Part shown: positions 35,733 to 42,822 of the stretch, piece by piece
How positions within the stretch are numbered: the first letter of the stretch is position 1
How the letters are laid out: every line of letters begins with the position of its first letter
Source of the DNA: Octopus bimaculoides
Lineage: Eukaryota
DNA: 42,822 nt
NCBI RefSeq assembly: GCF_001194135.2
Contig: NC_068982.1
Location: forward strand, 22,156,612-22,199,433
Direction: 5' to 3'
Program-made: the position numbers and the translations under genes
The notes under the pieces: model-generated
Databases searched by the model: none
What the model was told of the DNA's origin: nothing
What the model saw: the letters and a program-made list of their open reading frames with translations, nothing else

Positions 35733-35786
<54 letters not shown>

Positions 35787-35814
35787 CATCATCATCATCA
35801 ACATCATCATCATT

Positions 35815-37862
35815 ATTATTATTTCATATATTCCAGATGCATTCAACAGATTAGGCTGTTGGAAAAGAAAAAATTCTAATATCAGGCAACAACAAGTAAC
35901 CTTTGAAGCCAAGAAGCCCGCTAAATGTACTAGCTGTTCCTGTTTTCTGTTTTCTGGAGATGTACTAAACTGGGTCTTATGCCTGTATCCTTTATCCATC
36001 TGTTCAAATCTTTAGGGATAGTTCCTAATAAACCTATAACTACAGGGATACATTTTACCCGCTCTTTCCATTGTCTCTGTAATTCAATGACTAGGTCCTG
36101 GTACTTTGCTATTTTTCTATACTTGTCATATTGATTTTTTCATCATTTGAGACAGTAAAGTCAATTATCTGGCACTTTCTATTCTCTTTATCTACTACTG
36201 GTAAATCGGGCCTTCTAACTTCCAGTACTCTGTCAGTTTGAATGTTAAAGTCCCACAACATTTTGCATTTCTTACTTTCTAGAACTTTACTAGATTCATG
36301 TTCATAACATTTATCAGTATGTTCAAATCCTAGCTTTCTACATAACTCCTAGTGGATTACTATCCTTAGGTTGTCATGTCTTTTCTTGTATTCTTTCTGT
36401 GTCAGTATGCTACATTCACTTATATGAGTAACGCCTTCCTCTTTTGATTTCCATAACCTACATCGGGAATCTACTTCGTTTTTGTCTATCTCGGCTTTTA
36501 TCCAATTTGTCTTTAATGCCTGATCTTGTGCAGCTACTAACAAACTCTGTCTCCCTTTTCAGCTTCCTTTTCTGCAACCATACCCATGTCTCACTACTGC
36601 TATTTGCTGCAAATATCTTTGGGAATCTACCATGCAAAGCCTTCTCCTGCCAGTCAGATAATTTGTTCTTTTTTTTCGGGTTTTCAAATTCGTTTAACTT
36701 TTTGGTTTCCCTATCTTGCTGTGAATTTAGCAGGTCTTAAACTTCTTTCACTTGTACGTACATAGAAATCTATCTCTGCTCAAGTCAACTCCACGCAGCC
36801 TTCTACTGATATTAACGCTCTTCCATATTCGTTTCTAAGTAAGTGTAATCTTGCCACTCCTGCCATTGGGTGGAGTCCTCCATTCACATTGCATTCTTTC
36901 CTAGTTCTTCTGTCTAGCTTTGCTAATTCAGTTTTTGTCCAATCTACAAAAGCCAATGAGTCTCTATGTAATGATACTGCTCAGATATTTACAAACTTTA
37001 CTAGATTCGGACCATTTAGCTTTGACTTCATTAGCTTCCTCACACTTTTGATGTACTCCTTCTAAATTTTCGTTTTCATTTCTATAGTTAGAAGTCTGTC
37101 AGTTTCTAATACTCCTAGATACATATAACTTACCCTTTCTTTCAGTAATTTTAATGTTTCGCTATCTGGTAATTGGATGTCTTCACTGCTGACTACATGT
37201 CCCATTCTCAGGACTAATATTGCACCCCTATCTATGCCTAATTCTATGCCTATATCTCTGCCGAAATCTGATAGTTTATATTAAGAAATCTATCTCTTTC
37301 ATTCTTACTAAAAAGCTTCAGATCATCCATGTAGGGCAAATGGTTAAGTCTTCCTTTATTATTTCTGAACAGGTGTAGGAGTGCCTGTGTGGTAAGTAAC
37401 TTGCTTACGAACCACATGGTTCCGGGCTCAGTCCTACTGCGTGGCACCTTGAGCAAGTGTCTTCTGCTATAGCCTCGGGCCGACCAAAACCTTGTGAGTG
37501 GATTTAGTAGATGGAAACTGAAAGAATCCCGTCCTATATATGCATATATATATGTATGTGTGTGTATATGTTTGTGTGTTTGTGTTTGTCCCCCAACATC
37601 GCTTGACAACCGAAGCTGGTGTGTCTAGCACCTTCGGATGATCTCTACTCAACCGCTACACAGCTGCTACTCGACTGTTACTCAACACTCCTACTACGGC
37701 CAGACTACCTCTATTTATATGTCTTGAGAGATCCTACTTCTTCGCCTGGGGGCGTCGACACAACAAATATTAAAGGGGATGACGAGTCTTCTTGGAAGAT
37801 TCTTGTTCTCATATTAACTTACCCTAATGTTGTGTCACCTGAGTAAAGATCTACCTTCCATT
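35815..37862 (-). mobile_element. R4/Dong-type non-LTR retrotransposon, 5'-truncated and decayed (RT, knuckle, RLE)
   Basis: Minus-strand LGKVNMRTRIFQEDSSSPLIFV (~37830-37765), LNHLPYMDDLKLF (~37348-37310), AAQDQALKTNWIK..CRL..THISEC..KKRHDN, RRPDLPVVDKENRKCQIIDF and IPVVIGLLGTIPKDL. (TAA)n lies at both ends. Confidence 0.92.
37371..37626 (+). mobile_element. SINE family B, 3'-truncated, inserted in the R4 RT domain
   Basis: aggtgtaggagtgcctgtgtggtaag...ggcaccttgagcaagtgtcttc...acatcgcttgacaaccgaagctggtgtgt. Confidence 0.9.
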
Positions 37863-37905
37863 TCATTATTATTATTAATATTATTATTATTGTTATCATT
37901 CAGAC

Positions 37906-38110
37906 ATTGAGTGGGCAGAAACGTTAGCACACCGGGCGAAATGCTTAGTCGTATTTCGTCTGCAGCTACGTTCTGAGTTCAAATTCCGCCGAGGTCGACT
38001 TTGGTTTTCGTCCTTTCGGTGTCGATAAATTAAGTACAAATGAAACACTAGGGTCAATGTAGTTTACTATTTCCCCCATGAAAATAATTTCGGGCCTTGT
38101 GCGTATAACA
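37906..38110 (+). mobile_element. SINE family A copy
   Basis: ggcagaaacgttagcacaccgggcgaaatgcttag...gagttcaaattccgccgaggtcgactttgg...gtcgataaattaagtac. Confidence 0.88.
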
Positions 38111-39924
38111 GCATGAGGCCAGCAGTTTTGATGGAAGTGTGACAGTCGATTGTCTCGAAAGGACGAAATACAACATTGATCGCGGTGGTATTTGAGCTCT
38201 GAATGATTGGAGGTAATACAGCAAGGCATGTTGTCCGACACTCTTATGATACGTTCATTCCAACAGCAGCAACAACAACAACAACAGCAAAACAACAGTA
38301 ACAGAAACAGCATCAACAATGGTTCCATTAGTCAAAATTAATCAACCATATTATTTAGATATTGCTGCTATGATCAAATCCCAAGAACGCGTTCTTTCCG
38401 TTCATTTTTTTTCTTTCTTTTATATATCTTCATCATTTATTTTATTTTATACCTTTTTTTTTTTCTTATTCTCACAACTGCACCTATTTACACTTGCTGC
38501 TGTGCCATTCCTCTACAATGTCATTACAATTCTCTTTCCGACGTTTTATTGTTGTCTGAATGCTATCACTCACCCAGAAGAAAATAATCAAAATGATTCC
38601 ATTTTTTTTTTTTTTAGCTTATAGAAAATTACGTGGGTTTTCACATTCATTCGTTGTCTTCTGAATGCGTAAGAAGACATGCTAGTCTTCAGGCCATTCA
38701 CATAGAAAATAGAAAAGAAAAAAAAATAAACAATTCTCAGAGAAGCATTTACATTTTCTCTGGAAATGTAAATGCTTTAAATTGCAATAAACTGCCAAAA
38801 GTGAACAGAAGGCTTGACATATTTATATTACTATCATTTATGAAGACGACAAACAGAACAGACACCTCAAGCTTGTTGCACGACGGAACAGCTTTGGCTC
38901 TTTTCAGTTTTTATGACCTTTGAAAAATAAGTTTTATGAGAATACCTCAGGCACACATAAACATATGTGTTCATAAATATATACACACGCACATACACAG
39001 TCGTACATACACATATGTGCATGTATTATGTATATATGTATATATGTACGTATGCATGTATATGTATGCATATGTGTTTATTTACGAACATATATATATA
39101 TATATATATATGTTCATAACTACACATATATATATATGTACATATATACGTGTGTGTGAATGCGCGCGCGTGTGTCTATATACACGCGCAAAGCACACTC
39201 ATACTCACAAAAACGCACACACATAGTTACATATGTGTGTGACTATGCATTTTGGTATACAAATTAAAAATTAAGCAGAAGAATTTGTAGGTAGGCAATT
39301 AGTGATTTATACTGTACACCTGCAAGAATATACGTGTGTGTGTGTGTGTTTAATATATCTTAGTATATTAACATATCATATCATTATAGTATCTTTTCTG
39401 TATTGAAAATATACACTTTAAGCGTATGAACTTTCGTGGTGCTAGCTTATCAACGGTTTTCGATTCTCATGAACTATTACGAGGCAAGCTGTCTCTTTAA
39501 CCCTGAGTAGCTTGTAGACGCTTCTGAGGCGAAACAATACCTTACTGGTTAAATTTCGAAATCACGTGATAAAGGATTGCGCAACTATCACTTGGGGAGT
39601 ATGAGTTAGCTTGTTGCGCCCGCTTCCCGTAAATATAATGCGGATAATGCTTTTTGTGTCTTTTAGACTTAATTTTGACTCCTATTTTTAGCAATCGCTG
39701 GTGCTATTTCCGCCGTTTATTTATTAATTCCTTTTTTGGTTTTTAATTGCTAGCGAGCCACTTATACTATAATGTGTTTAATATTTCTTAATATTTTAAT
39801 ATATCATTATAGTATCTTTTTTGTGTATATATAAAATGCATATAAGTAACAAGAAGGTCCAGGATGATGTTAATGATGCGCAGCTTTTCTTCACTCTAAA
39901 CAAAGTAATCTCACATAACATCTC

Positions 39925-39937
39925 TATATACCTATCA

Positions 39938-39984
<47 letters not shown>

Positions 39985-40014
39985 CATCTTTCTATCTATC
40001 TATCTATCTATCTT

Positions 40015-40054
<40 letters not shown>

Positions 40055-40055
40055 C
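39925..40055. repeat. (TCTA)n microsatellite
   Basis: Direct reading. Confidence 0.96.
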
Positions 40056-40968
40056 ATTGACGTCCTCGTTATTTATTTACGTTTCGTTCACCTAACTTCG
40101 ATCCGCGTGGACTATACCGAACTGGCTTGGTGCCTCAATTTAAGTACCTAACTCAAATGAATCTTAATTTTATATGTATATATATATATAAGTGTAAACA
40201 GAGTTAGCGAGTATAATAACCGACTAAGGGATAAAATATCCGTATATACTATCAGTATCGGTTACCTGTATTATTCCCGCGCATTGGTGTGCAGGCACAC
40301 CATACACGTAGAGTGCAGGTGACAACAGGATAAGCAAGAGTTTATCAGGAACCAATGCAAATAATCGGAAACGGCCGTAAGATATGTTACGTCATATATA
40401 TATATATATANNNNNNNNNNNNNNNNNNNNNNNNNNNNNNNNNNNNNNNNNNNNNNNNNNNNNNNNNNNNNNNNNNNNNNNNNNNNNNNNNNNNNNNNNN
40501 NNNNNNNNNNNNNNNNNNNNNNNNNNNNNNNNNNNNNNNNNNNNNNNNNNNNNNNNNNNNNNNNNNNNNNNNNNNNNNNNNNNNNNNNNNNNNNNNNNNN
40601 NNNNNNNNNNNNNNNNNNNNNNNNNNNNNNNNNNNNNNNNNNNNNNNNNNNNNNNNNNNNNNNNNNNNNNNNNNNNNNNNNNNNNNNNNNNNNNNNNNNN
40701 NNNNNNNNNNNNNNNNNNNNNNNNNNNNNNNNNNNNNNNNNNNNNNNNNNNNNNNNNNNNNNNNNNNNNNNNNNNNNNNNNNNNNNNNNNNNNNNNNNNN
40801 NNNNNNNNNNNNNNNNNNNNNNNNNNNNNNNNNNNNNNNNNNNNNNNNNNNNNNNNNNNNNNNNNNNNNNNNNNNNNNNNNNNNNNNNNNNNNNNNNNNN
40901 NNNNNNNNNNNNNNNNNNNNNNNNNNNNNNNNNNNNNNNNNNNNNNNNNNNNNNNNNNNNNNNNNNNN

Positions 40969-41006
<38 letters not shown>

Positions 41007-41289
41007 AATGCACGTATGCGTATGGTATGTACGTCTACATATATTCACATATATACATATATGTACATCTATGTACTTACATACATACATACATACATAC
41101 ATTACATATATTTTGAAATATATGAATCTTACACCAGAACATATATAAAATGTCCTCATCTCTGTGTTTGTTTGCGAATCAAGACAAATGCGATTAACTT
41201 TAAATTACATTTCTATGTTTCATAAGTTTTACAAATCAGATTCAAAACTACATTCTACAGACTAATTAATTTAAGAAAGATATCAGCGA

Positions 41290-41750
41290 CAGTGGCAGCG
41301 TGTTTAAGATTCTTGCTGCCCAACCGTGTAGGTCTGAGTTAAGTACCGTGCAGAAAGAAATTCTCTTTTATGGTAGAAGGTGTAAAAACACTATATCTGC
41401 CCAGGGTTTTCCCTTAGTGGATTGCCAGACGTGTTTCTGCCATTTTAGCCTTCCTCAATGGCAAATACCGTATACTGATGGTGTTCGATTTCTTTGTAAT
41501 ATCTTGACGCTTAAAGCGAGAGACACAAAGTTCGGAAATGACCGCTGGTCAAGTAAATATTTGATTGTCAGAGATCGACGTCTTTCTAATACCAGTATTG
41601 AATGTCTTTGTAATAGCAATATTCAGTGTATCAAATTCTTTTTAAGTTGTCGCTCTGAAGTAGTTTCATCTTGAATTCATATACATAAGATGGTTCTTGC
41701 AGAGCATATTGGGACTTTCGCGAACATATTATCGAATAGAATAGATTTAC
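41290..41750 (-). pseudogene. Possible decayed LRR-containing coding fragment
   Basis: Broken frames MKLLQSDNLKRI*, IRKTSISDNQIFT*PAVISEL (LxLSxNQIxxLPxxI-like) and SIRYLPL. Confidence 0.22.
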
Positions 41751-42540
41751 ATGTGAGTTTAAATATATATATATGTATGTATATATNNNNNNNNNNNNNN
41801 NNNNNNNNNNNNNNNNNNNNNNNNNNNNNNNNNNNNNNNNNNNNNNNNNNNNNNNNNNNNNNNNNNNNNNNNNNNNNNNNNNNNNNNNNNNNNNNNNNNN
41901 NNNNNNNNNNNNNNNNNNNNNNNNNNNNNNNNNNNNNNNNNNNNNNNNNNNNNNNNNNNNNNNNNNNNNNNNNNNNNNNNNNNNNNNNNNNNNNNNNNNN
42001 NNNNNNNNNNNNNNNNNNNNNNNNNNNNNNNNNNNNNNNNNNNNNNNNNNNNNNNNNNNNNNNNNNNNNNNNNNNNNNNNNNNNNNNNNNNNNNNNNNNN
42101 NNNNNNNNNNNNNNNNNNNATATATATATATATACATATATATGGGGGTTTAGTTCACAGGTGATCCAAACGGTTAGGCACGCTAGGTAAGTGCTGTAAC
42201 GGATTAGTGGGGCTCCAAGGTTATAGCCGAGACGGTAGTTATGGAAGCACTGGAGATTTCCGATGCAGCAGATATATAATTGTTAAACAGGACATCAAAC
42301 ATTAAGTCAAAGCAAACATCTCAAGTCGTATACGATATTATTACAGGAAGAAATTCGAAATCTTACAGCTGTTTCTAGGATATCCTCGAGTATGGGATAT
42401 TCCGTCACCAGAGACAAATAGAGGGGAAAAAATATGGAAAAGGAGAATGGTACACATTAATAAGATGATGACAGAGAGGAAGGGAGCAAGAGAATAAGGA
42501 GATGGAAAGAGAGAAGAAAAAAGAGGCATGAAAATTCATA

Positions 42541-42677
42541 GTTGAACTTTCCGAAGAAACCAACGCATGAGTCTTTAGGTGTAAGTCTGCGTATATCCAT
42601 GAATTACACTCATGGATCTACGCAGGATTGCACCTAAGGACTCATGCTTTGGTTTCTATAACTTCGGAAAGTTGAAC
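42541..42677. repeat. 137-bp imperfect fold-back hairpin
   Basis: About 60 bp of pairing around a 7-nt loop (attacac). The outer 12-bp stem aactttccgaag/cttcggaaagtt is perfect; there is one short bulge. Confidence 0.93.
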
Positions 42678-42822
42678 AGCGAACCTCTATGCCTCTTTCT
42701 TTTCTTCTCTCTTTCTATTTCCTCATTATTTTACTCCCTTCCCCTCTGTCATCGTTTTATTAATATGTACCATTCTCATTTTCCATATTTTTTCACCCAA
42801 TTTGGGGGAAAAACGGGACTAG

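Noticed and set aside
38700-38830. Minus-strand FGSLLQFKAFTF, LRR-like
   Set aside because: Isolated; recorded as an example of how easily AT-rich DNA mimics LRR motifs.
41300-41674. 124-aa + strand ORF starting at GTG
   Set aside because: No recognisable domain, composition looks like non-coding or antisense sequence, and there is no ATG start or splice support.

Overview
AT-rich animal genomic DNA from a draft assembly, with 16 N-gaps (about 5.6 kb, roughly 13%), most flanked by microsatellites. The microsatellite density and SINE types are most consistent with an octopod cephalopod; this is inference. I cannot support any intact protein-coding gene, tRNA/rRNA gene or CRISPR array. Almost all ORFs in the supplied track are microsatellite read-throughs or run through gaps. 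Well supported: three tRNA-headed SINE families (here A, B, C; about 20 copies), two decayed R4/Dong-type non-LTR retrotransposons, a Tx1/L1-type ORF2 fragment nested in one of them, a Tc1/mariner remnant, a probable Helentron-associated non-autonomous element, and many simple repeats. Most interesting: (i) three unrelated long fold-back hairpins whose transition mismatches are all G-U on the + strand; (ii) Penelope-type termini with minimal-hammerhead-like cores; (iii) a tentative series of decayed signal-peptide plus leucine-rich-repeat (TLR-like) reading frames, mostly on the minus strand. Item (iii) rests on hand translation and needs a frameshift-aware profile search, because AT-rich DNA easily mimics LRR motifs.
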